Positions 32,949-42,460 are shown, counted from the first letter of the stretch. The stretch: 64,000 nucleotides of DNA from an uncultured Gemmatimonadales bacterium (GCA_963783385.1 CAWANJ010000001.1:704001-768000); one strand, 5' to 3'. Notes: a model not told the origin generated them from the letters alone. Made by a program: numbers and translations.

Positions 32949-33416
32949 CTAACCCTCCTTCCCGTCGCCCGCGGCGCGGTGGATCGCCTTCCGGATGCGG
33001 TCGTAGGTCCCGCAGCGGCACAGGTTGCCGGACATGGCCTGGTCGATGTCGTCGTCGGTGGGCGAGGAGGTCCGCGCCAGGAGCGCGGCCGCCGACATGA
33101 TCTGGCCCGGCTGGCAGTAGCCGCACTGGGGGACGTCCTCTTCGACCCAGGCGCGCTGCACCGGGTGCGAGCCGTCCTCCGACAGCCCCTCGATCGTGGT
33201 CACCTCGGCCCGTCCCACGGCCGACACCGGCGTCACGCAGGAGCGCACGGCGTTCCCGCCCATGTGGACCGTGCAGGCCCCGCACTGCGACACCCCGCAG
33301 CCGTACTTGGTGCCCGTGAGCCCGAGGAGGTCGCGGAGCACCCAGAGGAGCGGCATGTCGGGGGGCGCGTCCACCGGGTGCGAGGATCCGTTGACGCGAA
33401 GCGTGAAGCGGGCCAT
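32949..33416 (-). CDS. [2Fe-2S] subunit (IorA/CoxS-like)
   Basis: [26 protein letters not shown]. Confidence 0.92.
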   Translation of the reverse strand: MARFTLRVNGSSHPVDAPPDMPLLWVLRDLLGLTGTKYGCGVSQCGACTVHMGGNAVRSCVTPVSAVGRAEVTTIEGLSEDGSHPVQRAWVEEDVPQCGYCQPGQIMSAAALLARTSSPTDDDIDQAMSGNLCRCGTYDRIRKAIHRAAGDGKEG

Positions 33417-33667
33417 GAGGCCTCCAGCGCTGGTAGCCGGCGTGCGGCGGGCAGGGGGCGGCGATGCGCCGCTCCCATCGCCCGGTCCTGCCCGTTCAGG
33501 ATGGTCCGGAACGCGGGGCAGGAGCAAGGGGAGAGGGGCGGACGGGGGGCCGCGCGCGCTCGTCCGGGGCGGCCCGCCTTTCGCATCGTCCGTCATCGAC
33601 CGGGCGGCACACGAACACGGCGAGGCCGTGTGCCCGGACCCGCGATCCACGACCCGAGAGGAGAGCC

Positions 33668-34495
33668 ATGAACTACGCCGAGCGGTTCCGCGTCGAGCCC
33701 GGGAGCCGGGTGGACCTGTCGTCGATCGACCCGGGCTTCCGCGGCGACGAGTCGAAGGGCGACGCGAAGGAGGCGCTGGAGGGGGACCGAGACCGCCTGC
33801 GCGAGCTGCAGGGCCTCCTGTACGCCGGCGACCGGCACTCCCTCCTCCTCTGCCTTCAGGGTATGGACACGGCCGGCAAGGATGGCACGATCAACCACGT
33901 GTTCAGCGCCATGAACCTGCAGGGCTGCCGCGTGGTGAACTTCCGGCAGCCCTCGGCCGAGGAGCTGGCGCACGACTTCCTGTGGCGCGTCCACCGGAAG
34001 GCGCCCGGCCGCGGTGAGGTGGTGGTGTTCAACCGCTCGCACTACGAGGACGTGCTCGTGGTGCGCGTGCACTCGCTGGTGCCCGAGGAGGTCTGGTCCC
34101 TGCGCTACGACCGGATCAACGCGTTCGAGCGCGGCCTGGCCGACCACGACACGATCGTCCTCAAGTTCTTCCTCCACATCTCCAGGGAGGAGCAGCTCGA
34201 GCGGTTCGGGGACCGGATCGACGAGCCCGACAAGCGCTGGAAGATCAGCGAGTCCGACTACGCGGAGCGCACGCGGTGGGACGCGTACACGGAGGCGTAC
34301 GAGGACGCGCTCTCCCGGTGCAGCACCGAGCGCGCTCCCTGGTACGTGATCCCCTCCGACCACAAGTGGTTCCGGAACCGGGCCATCGCGCGCATCGTGG
34401 TCGAGCGGCTGGAGGCGCTCGGCATGGGCTACCCCGAGCCCACCGTCGACCTCGAGCGCGTTCGGCGGGAGTACCACGCGGCGAAGGAGGAGTAG
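33668..34495 (+). CDS. ppk2: Polyphosphate kinase 2 family
   Basis: [26 protein letters not shown]. Confidence 0.9.
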   Translation: MNYAERFRVEPGSRVDLSSIDPGFRGDESKGDAKEALEGDRDRLRELQGLLYAGDRHSLLLCLQGMDTAGKDGTINHVFSAMNLQGCRVVNFRQPSAEELAHDFLWRVHRKAPGRGEVVVFNRSHYEDVLVVRVHSLVPEEVWSLRYDRINAFERGLADHDTIVLKFFLHISREEQLERFGDRIDEPDKRWKISESDYAERTRWDAYTEAYEDALSRCSTERAPWYVIPSDHKWFRNRAIARIVVERLEALGMGYPEPTVDLERVRREYHAAKEE

Positions 34496-34680
34496 CTCGG
34501 GGGGAGGACGGCGAGCCGCCGCGGAGCTGCGTGCCCTCGCGGTCTCTCCGCACCTCCGGGGGCTCCACGGCACAGCCCACGCCATGACGCTCCGATGACG
34601 CCCCGCCGGAGGGATGGGGTTCGGAAACGCGTCCCGGGAGGCACCCGGGACGACGGATGTCGCGAAGCCTGGAGGCCGCC

Positions 34681-35820
34681 ATGGCGGACGCGGACGCGGG
34701 CCGCCGCGCGCCCCTCGAGATCCGGCCCGGACCGGAGGGCCGCCTGATCGTCAAGCTCCCCTACGATCCCGCGCTCGTGCGCCGGATCCGCGGGATCGCG
34801 GGGCGGCACTGGAATCCGGCGGAGAAGCACTGGACGGTGCCCCGAACGCCCGGAACGGTAGGGCACCTCCTGGAGATGTTCGAGGGCGAGCCCGTGGTGC
34901 TGGACCCGGGTCTGGGCGGCTCGGGGCCGGTGGCGGCGATTCCCGCCGGGGAAGGAGACGCCGGCGAGCTCCTGGCCCGCACCCGCGAGGAGCTCGGGCT
35001 CCGGGGCTACAGCCCCAAGACCCGCCGGGCCTACGCCGGCCACGTGCGCCGCTTCCTGGAATGGCTGGCGAGGGAAGGAGGCGACACCGGGGACCCGGGC
35101 CAGGACGACCTCCGCCGGCACGTGGCCCGCCTCCTGGAGCGGAAGGGCGTGTCCCACTCCTACGCCAACCAGTGCGTGAGCGCGCTCAAGTTCCTGTACG
35201 AGCACGTGCTCGAGCGCCCGATCGGCCAGCTCCGGCTGCCGAGGCCCAAGATCGAGCGCAAGCTCCCCGTGGTCCTCTCGCGCGAGGAGGTCCGGCAGAT
35301 CTTCCGGGCCGTCCCCAACCGGAAGCACCGCGCCCTCCTCATGCTCGTCTACTCCGCGGGGCTCCGGGTGGGGGAAGTGGTGCGCCTGCGGCCCGACGAC
35401 CTGGACACCGGGCGAGGACTCCTGCACGTGCGGCAGGGAAAAGGCCGGAAGGACCGGTACGTCATGCTGTCGGCCGTGGCCGTCGAGGCCGTCGAGGAGT
35501 ACGTCCGCTTCTTCGAGCCCACGCGGTGGCTGTTCCCGGGCGCGAGGCCGCGCCGCCACCTGCACGAGCGCTCCGTGCAGCACCTGTTCGCCCGGGCGTG
35601 CCGCAAGGCGGGCATCCGGAAGCACGCCACCGTGCACACATTGCGGCACTCCTTCGCCACCCATCTTCTGGAAAAAGGCGTGAACCTGCGGTACATTCAG
35701 GAGCTTCTGGGCCACAAGAGCCCCAAGACCACCCAGGTCTACACCCGCGTCGCCGAAGGAGACCTGGCACGAATACAGAGCCCCCTGGACGATCTCATGC
35801 GGGACAAAGGCGCCGGCTAG
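34681..35820 (+). CDS. Tyrosine recombinase (integron-integrase-like, no IntI insertion, HARP-like N-terminal extension)
   Basis: GGAGG RBS; SAM-like domain (RGYSPKTRRAY...SALKFLY); intact R-K-HxxR-H-Y (GLRVGE, GKGRKDR, HTLRH, LLGH, TQVY). Confidence 0.92.
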   Translation: MADADAGRRAPLEIRPGPEGRLIVKLPYDPALVRRIRGIAGRHWNPAEKHWTVPRTPGTVGHLLEMFEGEPVVLDPGLGGSGPVAAIPAGEGDAGELLARTREELGLRGYSPKTRRAYAGHVRRFLEWLAREGGDTGDPGQDDLRRHVARLLERKGVSHSYANQCVSALKFLYEHVLERPIGQLRLPRPKIERKLPVVLSREEVRQIFRAVPNRKHRALLMLVYSAGLRVGEVVRLRPDDLDTGRGLLHVRQGKGRKDRYVMLSAVAVEAVEEYVRFFEPTRWLFPGARPRRHLHERSVQHLFARACRKAGIRKHATVHTLRHSFATHLLEKGVNLRYIQELLGHKSPKTTQVYTRVAEGDLARIQSPLDDLMRDKGAG

Positions 35821-36395
35821 CGAGCCCGGCGGCCTCCCTGCTGCTGCTGGCGGCCGCGGGCGCCCTGGCCTGCGCCGGAGAGCGCGGAGCCGCGCCCGGG
35901 GCCGCCGCCTGCGCCGCCCCCGATACCACGGCGACGGCGCACGTCGACCCCTCGCACCTCCGCGGCGTCTTCTCCCTCTCCATGCACGTGACCGCCGGCC
36001 GGCGGCCGGACTCCGTGGTCGAGGCCCGCCTGTGGCTCCGGCCGAGCGGGCGCGGCGACAGCCTCCCGAACGACCTGCCGTGGATCGTGGAGGGCCGGAC
36101 GACCCTGGCCATCACCTCCGCGTCCCTCGCCACGGACGACCCCTCGGGCGCCCTCCTCACCTCGGACTCCGTCGCCCCGCGCCACGTGGTCGGCTTCTGG
36201 GACCCCAACGAGCGCTCGATCGCGCTCCTCCGCACGCGCGACCCGGGCGACGACACGACCCGCGTCCAGCGCGGCGTCGCCCTCCGGGTCCTGGACACGA
36301 GCGCGGACGGCTTCCGCGGCACCTGGCACACCGCGTTCTGGAGGCCGCCGCTGCCGTCGGGGTTCTTCTGCGCGCGGCGGGCGGGAGGAGAGTGA
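35817..36395 (+). CDS. Putative lipoprotein, start uncertain
   Basis: LLLLAAAGALAC lipobox-like leader in the open frame ending 36395. Confidence 0.5.
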   Translation, partial: LASPAASLLLLAAAGALACAGERGAAPGAAACAAPDTTATAHVDPSHLRGVFSLSMHVTAGRRPDSVVEARLWLRPSGRGDSLPNDLPWIVEGRTTLAITSASLATDDPSGALLTSDSVAPRHVVGFWDPNERSIALLRTRDPGDDTTRVQRGVALRVLDTSADGFRGTWHTAFWRPPLPSGFFCARRAGGE

Positions 36396-36685
36396 CGATG
36401 GTGCCGCGGACGAGAATCCCGACCCATCCCGGCGTGATCCTGCTGAGGGAGTTCCTGAGGCCGCTGGAACTGACCCGGGTGGCGTTCGCGGAGCACATCG
36501 GCGTCCCCGTTCAGCGAGTCAATGAAATCGTGAACGGGAAGCGAGCATTGACACCCGCGACGGCCTGGCTTCTGTCCGGCGCGTTCGGGACGAGCCCCGA
36601 GTTCTGGCTCAGGCTCCAGAATGCATACGACCTGGCCGTGAGTCACCCGGCACGTACGGTCGAGCGCCTCACCGGCAGGGTTTGA
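36392..36685 (+). CDS. higA: HigA-family antitoxin (no adjacent toxin)
   Basis: PTHPGVILLREFL...RVNEIVNGKR...FGTSPEFWLRLQ. Confidence 0.85.
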   Translation: MTMVPRTRIPTHPGVILLREFLRPLELTRVAFAEHIGVPVQRVNEIVNGKRALTPATAWLLSGAFGTSPEFWLRLQNAYDLAVSHPARTVERLTGRV

Positions 36686-36716
36686 CCCCCGCAGGGGGAC
36701 ACACGAGCTTTCAAGC

Positions 36717-37004
36717 ATGAAGATCGATCGTGAGGCCATGGCCGCTATCTGCCGGCGCAACGACATCGCGCGGCTGAGACTGTTCGGGTCGTTCGCCCGC
36801 GGCGAGGCGGACGACGGCAGCGACGTGGACCTCATCGCCGATTTCCTGCGTCCCAAGAGCCTGCTCGAGCTCGTGCGCATCCAGCGGGAATTCTCGGAGG
36901 CCCTGGGTCGCGACGTCGACCTCCTCACGGAGCGATCGATCAGCCCACACCTTCGGGAGCGAATCGTCCGGGACGCGCGGATCGTGTATGAGCGCGCCGC
37001 GTGA
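36717..37004 (+). CDS. Minimal nucleotidyltransferase (MntA-like antitoxin)
   Basis: LFGSFARGE...SDVD. Confidence 0.85.
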   Translation: MKIDREAMAAICRRNDIARLRLFGSFARGEADDGSDVDLIADFLRPKSLLELVRIQREFSEALGRDVDLLTERSISPHLRERIVRDARIVYERAA

Positions 37005-37335
37005 CGACTCCGTCTATGTGGCGCACATCCGGGAAGCCATCCATCGCGTCCAGTCGTACATCCGCGGCCTGACGAAGGAAGCGTTCCTCGAGACGCCTCT
37101 CGTGCAAGACGCCGTCATTCGCCAGCTGCAGATCATCGGAGAAGCCGCGAAACGTCTGTCGTCCGACTACCGGGCACGCACATCGGATGTCCCGTGGTCG
37201 GACATCACGGGGATGCGAGAGAAGTTGGTGCACGACTACATGGGCGTGGATCTCGAGGCGGTGTGGGAGACGGTCGTGCGGGATCTCCCGGAGCTGAGGG
37301 AGTGGCTGGAAGAGGCCGATGAATCTAAAGCTTGA
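36988..37335 (+). CDS. HEPN/DUF86 toxin (HepT-like)
   Basis: DAVIRQLQIIGEA, REKLVH (RxxxxH); coupled to MNT. Confidence 0.85.
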   Translation: MSAPRDDSVYVAHIREAIHRVQSYIRGLTKEAFLETPLVQDAVIRQLQIIGEAAKRLSSDYRARTSDVPWSDITGMREKLVHDYMGVDLEAVWETVVRDLPELREWLEEADESKA

Positions 37336-37400
37336 CATAGGGAGCATCCCTCAAAGGCATCGCAAGCCAGCCCACCACGCCATCATCCCAGATACCGAGT

Positions 37401-37431
37401 CACGCCAACGAACGAGTTAAGCGCCACACGT
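37401..37431 (+). other. Putative attI-like primary recombination site
   Basis: CCAAC-6 nt-GTTAAGC (GTT at 37416); following bases are the inverted complement of cassette 1's 3' end (14/16); no attC upstream. Confidence 0.6.
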
Positions 37432-37453
37432 ATCCTTCAATACGGAGTGAATC

Positions 37454-38140
37454 ATGGCTGGTGAACGGCAAGGGTTTCCAATGATTCCCATCAGGGCATG
37501 GTGGGCGCTCAGAAAGAGGTTTCGGCTCACCATGCCTAAGGAGGTCACCGCGACCTATGTCGCATCTGCGTTGGACATGACACCCCGTTCGGCAGAGGCC
37601 AACGTGCTTCCAAGCCTGCGCCAGATGGGACTTATCGACGCTGACGGCAAACCGAGTGACCTCGCCAACAGATGGCGCGATGACGACGAGTATGCTGACG
37701 TCGCCGAGACTATTCGAAGCGAGGTATACCCGAGGGAACTGCTCGATCTGGCACCGGCGGGGCATGCCGATCGAAGTACCGTTCAATCTTGGTTTGCGCG
37801 TCATACGGGCGCAGGTGAGAGCGCGGCGAGGAAGATGGCAGCAGTCTACATGATACTGATCGACGCCGATCCGGGTCATGCGCAGGGCAATAAGAGCGGA
37901 ACTGGGACACCTCGCAGATCGAAGCGCAAGCCGTCCAAGAGGAAGAAGAAGAAGGAGACCGGGACCAGGCCGGACGCTCAAACGGATGCAGACAATCAGG
38001 ATGATGAGCCGCGGCGACCTTCCCTTCCCCAGGTGGCATTCAACATTCAGGTTGTGCTGCCTTCCGATGGGAGCGCGGAGACCTACGATCAGATTTTTGC
38101 CAGCATCGCGAAGCACCTCCTGAGCGGCCCGACTGAGTGA
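37454..38140 (+). CDS. Cassette 1 gene 1: DUF5343-like protein
   Basis: VLPSLRQMGLIDADGKPS...FNIQVVLP resembles DUF5343; recognition only. Confidence 0.55.
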   Translation: MAGERQGFPMIPIRAWWALRKRFRLTMPKEVTATYVASALDMTPRSAEANVLPSLRQMGLIDADGKPSDLANRWRDDDEYADVAETIRSEVYPRELLDLAPAGHADRSTVQSWFARHTGAGESAARKMAAVYMILIDADPGHAQGNKSGTGTPRRSKRKPSKRKKKKETGTRPDAQTDADNQDDEPRRPSLPQVAFNIQVVLPSDGSAETYDQIFASIAKHLLSGPTE

Positions 38141-38727
38141 CGGAATCGTCTGGGAGTAAGTGGCTTCACGAGGCCGCCCTAAACGCCAAGGGCGCGCAAG
38201 ACTCCATCGACGCATTGCTTGGCGCCAACGAGACTCCATCTACGAAGAACTTGCGTGTCGAGGATGTTGAGGGTATCGGCTCAGCGGCCATCAGGGCTGC
38301 ACTTGAGAGGGTCTCACCAGAGTTAGCGCGCAGCTACGATCAAATCCTCGAGGACATTGCCGACCGCTCCCGTAAGTCATGGGCGGGTACTGCGCACGAG
38401 ATCCGTGAGACGCTTGCTGCACTGCTAAGGTATATGGCCTCTGACGAGGAGGTCCAAGCACAGGCGTGGTACATTCAAAATTCGAACACCAATGGGCCCA
38501 CACAGAAGCAGCGAGTCCGCTACATCTTGGAGACTCAATCTCCCTCGTCCAAGAGGGCAGATGTGGTCAAAGAGGTGTCGGTCCTTGAAGATCGAATTGG
38601 AAGGCTGGTTCGCGCCACATACGCACGAGCGAGCGATGCGGCACACCGTTTCAAGGGGCGGCGCGAGGTTATTCGAATACTCCGATACTTTGAGGTGTTC
38701 GCCCGCGATCTCATGGATCTTGACTAG
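38137..38727 (+). CDS. Cassette 1 gene 2: helical protein resembling predicted pPIWI-associated/HEPN-like nuclease
   Basis: GTAHEIRETL...DEEV...WY...PTQKQRVRYIL...RASDAAH; GTGA overlap. Confidence 0.45.
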   Translation: MTESSGSKWLHEAALNAKGAQDSIDALLGANETPSTKNLRVEDVEGIGSAAIRAALERVSPELARSYDQILEDIADRSRKSWAGTAHEIRETLAALLRYMASDEEVQAQAWYIQNSNTNGPTQKQRVRYILETQSPSSKRADVVKEVSVLEDRIGRLVRATYARASDAAHRFKGRREVIRILRYFEVFARDLMDLD

Positions 38728-38741
38728 TGAGGACGTGCAGC

Positions 38742-38843
38742 GCTTAACACGACGGGTGCCGCTTCACCGCCTGCGGCGGCTCGCCCTTCGGGACGCCCGC
38801 TCGCTGGGACTCGCGGGCGTCGGCAACCGCGGGGACGTTAGAC
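38742..38843 (+). repeat. attC-like site 1 (family A, 102 bp)
   Basis: GCTTAAC...GTTAGAC; stem CGGGTGCCG/CGGCAACCG. Confidence 0.85.
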
Positions 38844-39036
38844 GCCAGGTCCCCAAGACGGGGGTGATCGATTCCCGATTCGGAGGCGATGTCCCGAACC
38901 GCTGCCGCGAGAGGCGCAGCTCAGGCCGACCCCCGCTCGGAGGGAGAGAGAGCCTCCGAATCGAAGCTGAAGAGCGAATCGCTTAGCAGGTTGGAAGACA
39001 GGGCCACCGCTTGGATCGGGGGACCCGGCGTCTAAC
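38838..39036. repeat. ORF-less structured cassette, copy 1 (cassette 2)
   Basis: Terminal IR and internal CGATTCGGAGGC/GCCTCCGAATCG stem. Confidence 0.85.
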
Positions 39037-39185
39037 AGGATGGGTAGCGGCTCGCGCGCGAGGGCGCGCTCGCTTCAACCTGCTAGGCTTTTCGAAGGCG
39101 GGGATTCGGTGCGGGCTGCTAATCGAGGATCGGTCCGGCAGCGCAGAGCGGGCCAAGCAGGTTCGCTACCCACCGGACGTTAAGC
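39030..39185 (+). repeat. attC-like site 2 (family B)
   Basis: GTCTAAC...GTTAAGC; TGGGTAGCG/CGCTACCCA and AACCTGC/GCAGGTT stems. Confidence 0.85.
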
Positions 39186-39235
39186 GTCACGCTTATATCT
39201 CACCAACCTTGCTCAACGGATGTGGGCACCGGCCA

Positions 39236-39865
39236 ATGGAAACACTCAAGCCACTTGACGAGATCTGCGAACCGGACACGCGACATACGATCTTCGGGGG
39301 ATTTGATCCCGAGGGAGTCAAGGGCGAGGAGGGCGTTAGCCTTCAGACACAGTATGCACAGATGGAGCGCCTGGAATTGCCAAAGTCTGTGCCCGAGACC
39401 GTTCGCTCGGCTTATGCGGTCACCCGCATGCTATGGGTCTACGGATGGTTCTATTGGCCCTTCTACACACTCGCGCTCCTCCACGCCAACACCTGCCTTG
39501 AGATGGCACTCCATCAACGCTTCCTCAAGGACGGCTTGTACGATGAAGAGGGCGACTCATCTAGGAAGGCAAAGAACCGGACGCTAAGCTGGCTGATAAA
39601 GAGAGCCGTTGAGATGGGCTGGTTGGAGGACGAGGCTTTCGAGCACATTCGATGGTGGACCCGGCAGACGCCTCCGTTCGAGAATGAGGGAGACGAATCG
39701 GGACACCAGACCGCACCCGATCCTCAGCGGTATGCGAAGACGCTGGCCTCGACCATTCCGAGCACCCGAAATGCGCAAGCCCATCCGGGGCACTATTCGC
39801 ACGGCTTCCCGCAGGTACTGCCACTTCAGAACGCTCGGGACATCATTGTGCAGTTGTTCATGTAG
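39236..39865 (+). CDS. Cassette 3: HEPN-like protein
   Basis: CLEMAL helix and RNAQAH (RxxxxH). Confidence 0.55.
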   Translation: METLKPLDEICEPDTRHTIFGGFDPEGVKGEEGVSLQTQYAQMERLELPKSVPETVRSAYAVTRMLWVYGWFYWPFYTLALLHANTCLEMALHQRFLKDGLYDEEGDSSRKAKNRTLSWLIKRAVEMGWLEDEAFEHIRWWTRQTPPFENEGDESGHQTAPDPQRYAKTLASTIPSTRNAQAHPGHYSHGFPQVLPLQNARDIIVQLFM

Positions 39866-39884
39866 CGCATTGGGGACGCGCGAC

Positions 39885-40040
39885 GCTTAACAGGACGTGT
39901 GGCGGCTCGCGCGCCAAGGCGCGCTCGCTTCAACCTGCGGAATGCTGGATGAAGCAGTCAGGGGAAACGAGACATGTAGCATATATCAGTCAGGCGAACG
40001 AGAGTGGCCCGCAGGTTCGCCACCCGCCAGAACGTTATCG
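39885..40040 (+). repeat. attC-like site 3 (family D)
   Basis: GCTTAAC...GTTATCG. Confidence 0.85.
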
Positions 40041-40147
40041 GACCTGAGCCGCTCGGCTAGCACGAGTGGATTGGTGGTTGGAACCCCTACGGCCCGGTGT
40101 ACAGGTATCTGCTTGAGCAAGTGCCCGCGGCGGGAGGACTTCACTCA

Positions 40148-40711
40148 ATGTCGATCCAAGCCTCGATCGCATCCTTATGCACGGTGCTGGCGGCTGTCTT
40201 CATGACCTTCGCGGTGCCCCCCAGGGGGACCCAGGCCCAGTCGGTCAAACTCCCGGCGCCGAACGTTCGTCTATGCTATGCGGACTGTGACAGCATCCCC
40301 TCGCTCCCCGATCACGCGGAGCCACACCTCGCGAACCCCTCCGTCATGTTTCAGGCCATGACGGAGGCGTACCGACAGAGACCCAAGACGGCTGCGATCG
40401 GTGGCAGCGCTACCGTGGCGATCCTCATTGGCCAAGATGGTTCGGTCCGAGAGGTTCGTCTCATCACCAGCTCTGGCCACGCTACAATCGACACCATGGC
40501 CGTAGCGGTCGGCAGCGTGATCCGGGCCGCCCCCCGGCCTGGAAGCAAGAAGGTGCATGCCCGCTGGTACGAGATGCCCATCGCCTTCGAGACGAGAGAT
40601 GATGCGAGACAGCCGGTCTACGCCCCGTGTCGGAGATCAAGTCCGATAACAGGTCGGGTGGCGGCTCGCGCGCCAAGGCGCGCTCGCTTCAACCTGCGGG
40701 ATGTCGCTTGA
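40148..40711 (+). CDS. Cassette 4: TonB C-terminal domain protein; ORF ends inside attC 4
   Basis: Signal peptide; G..TVAILIGQDGSV..VRLITSSGH..ID. Confidence 0.65.
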   Translation: MSIQASIASLCTVLAAVFMTFAVPPRGTQAQSVKLPAPNVRLCYADCDSIPSLPDHAEPHLANPSVMFQAMTEAYRQRPKTAAIGGSATVAILIGQDGSVREVRLITSSGHATIDTMAVAVGSVIRAAPRPGSKKVHARWYEMPIAFETRDDARQPVYAPCRRSSPITGRVAARAPRRARFNLRDVA

Positions 40712-40799
40712 AGCCGTCAGCGAAGACGGCCCATGTAGCATATATCAGTCAGGCGGACGCGGCGGGCCCGCAGGTTCGCCACCCGCAAGGACGTTAGAC
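40644..40799 (+). repeat. attC-like site 4 (family D)
   Basis: CGATAAC...GTTAGAC. Confidence 0.85.
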
Positions 40800-40992
40800 G
40801 CCAGGTCCCCAAGACGGGGGTGATCGATTCCCGATTCGGAGGCAATGTCCCGAGCCGCTGCCTCCAGAAGCGCAGCTCGAGCCGAGTTCCGCCCGGAGGG
40901 AGAGAGAGCCTCCGAATCGAAGCTGAAGAGCGAATCGCTTAGCAGGTTGGGAGGCAGGGCCGCCGCTTGGATCGGGGGACCCGGCGTCTAAC
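40794..40992. repeat. ORF-less structured cassette, copy 2 (cassette 5)
   Basis: Same family as 38838-39036. Confidence 0.85.
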
Positions 40993-41142
40993 AGGATGGG
41001 TAGCGGCTCGCGCGCAAAGGCGCGCTCGCTTTAACCTGCTGAGGCCTCTCGCAGATGGGGATCCGATGCGGGCTGCTGATCGAGGATCGGTCCGGCATCC
41101 GAGAGCGGGCCAAGCAGGTTCGCTACCCACCGGACGTTAGGC
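40986..41142 (+). repeat. attC-like site 5 (family B)
   Basis: GTCTAAC...GTTAGGC. Confidence 0.85.
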
Positions 41143-41335
41143 GCCAGGTCCCCAAGACGGGGGTGATCGATTCCTGATTCGGAGGCGAGGTCCCGAGCCG
41201 CGGCCTCAAGAGGCGCAGCTCGAGCCGGACTCCGCTCGAAGGGAGAGAGAGCCTCCGAATCGAGGCTGAAGAGCGAATCGCTTAGCAGGTTGGAAGGCAG
41301 GGCCACCGCTTGGATCGGGGGACCCGGCGCCTAAC
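41137..41335. repeat. ORF-less structured cassette, copy 3 (cassette 6)
   Basis: Same family; appears identical to 43289 and 48458 copies. Confidence 0.85.
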
Positions 41336-41484
41336 AGGATGGGTGGTGGCTCGCGCGCGCTCGCGCGCTCGCAGCAACCTGCGGTAGCTTTTCGAAAAGG
41401 GGAGGCGATGTCGGCGGTCGATTCGGACGCGTCCAGCCCTACGGGTCAGTCCAGCGCAGGTTCACCACCCACCGGACGTTAGAC
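41329..41484 (+). repeat. attC-like site 6 (family C)
   Basis: GCCTAAC...GTTAGAC; TGGGTGGTG/CACCACCCA stem. Confidence 0.85.
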
Positions 41485-41677
41485 GCCAGGTCCCCAAGAC
41501 AGGGGTGATCGATGCCCGATTCGGAGGCGATGTCCCGAACCGCGGCCGCGAGAGGCGCAGCTCAGGCCGACCCCCGCTCGGAGGGAGAGAGAGCCTCCGA
41601 ATCGAGGCTGAAGATCGAATCGCTTCGCAGGTGAGCAGGCAGGGCCGCCGCTTGGATCGGGGGACCCAGCGTCTAAC
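41479..41677. repeat. ORF-less structured cassette, copy 4 (cassette 7)
   Basis: Same family. Confidence 0.85.
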
Positions 41678-41827
41678 AGGATGGGTAGCGGCTCGCGCGC
41701 GAGGGCGCGCTCGCTTCAACCTGCTGAGGCTTCTCGAAGGTGGGGATTCGATGCGGGCTGCTGATCGAGGATCGGTCCGGCAGCGCAGAGCGGGCCAAGC
41801 AGGTTCGCTACCCACCGGACGTTAGAC
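41671..41827 (+). repeat. attC-like site 7 (family B)
   Basis: GTCTAAC...GTTAGAC. Confidence 0.85.
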
Positions 41828-41859
41828 GGAATTCCAAAGGATTCTGAGGGAGCAGAGGA

Positions 41860-42024
41860 ATGCGCACACCGAGGCCACAGGGCTGGAGACCCACAATGTC
41901 CGCAGCCGCAGCAGCCGGTGCTGCCGGTCTCGGGGTCCCGACACACTCCCCTGTCTGGACCGCCTTCGGCGCACTCGTCGGTGCCACGATCGGTTACCTC
42001 GTCGCACTTCGACTAGACAAGTAG
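41860..42024 (+). CDS. Cassette 8: 54-aa small membrane peptide (not in ORF track)
   Basis: MRTPRPQGWRPTMSAAAAAGAAGLGVPTHSPVWTAFGALVGATIGYLVALRLDK; fills the cassette, RBS-like leader. Confidence 0.55.
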   Translation: MRTPRPQGWRPTMSAAAAAGAAGLGVPTHSPVWTAFGALVGATIGYLVALRLDK

Positions 42025-42035
42025 AGAGGAACTCC

Positions 42036-42193
42036 GTCTAACAGGACGGGCGGCGGCTCGCGCGCTCTCGCGCGCTCGACCCAACCTGCGGTAGCTTTTC
42101 AGAAATCGGAACGGTGAGGTGGCGACCGGTGGAGAACCGCTCCGCCCTGCTCTTCAGGCCACCGCAGGTTCGCCACCCGCCGGGACGTTATCC
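42036..42193 (+). repeat. attC-like site 8 (family E)
   Basis: GTCTAAC...GTTATCC. Confidence 0.85.
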
Positions 42194-42217
42194 GCAATCT
42201 CAAGAGGGTTAGGTTCG

Positions 42218-42436
42218 ATGCGCCGGTTTGACGTCTTCGGTCGAATGATGGGAGTCGATCGAAAGGACGACCGTTGGCAGGTCTACGATCTCGGGCCCGA
42301 CGGCAAGCGTCGCGAAGCCCGCGACATCATGATCCCGGCATCGGTCCCCGAGGAGCAGCTCGCTCTCTACCTTGCGGAGATCTTCCATGAGTCAGCGTCG
42401 CCACGACGGCCCGAGGTGCTGGAACTGGACCCCTGA
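42218..42436 (+). CDS. Cassette 9: 72-aa hypothetical protein
   Basis: MRRFDVFGR...LYLAEIFHE; fills the cassette. Confidence 0.7.
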   Translation: MRRFDVFGRMMGVDRKDDRWQVYDLGPDGKRREARDIMIPASVPEEQLALYLAEIFHESASPRRPEVLELDP

Positions 42437-42460
42437 GCCAGCACGGGAGCGAGAGTCTGC

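Noticed and set aside
34681-35820. Calling the recombinase intI or xerC/xerD
   Set aside because: It lacks the IntI insertion, and its extra N-terminal domain and context do not fit housekeeping Xer; no symbol assigned.
35817-37335. Genes between recombinase and attI as cassettes
   Set aside because: No TAAC...GTTA sites or complementary ends were found around them.
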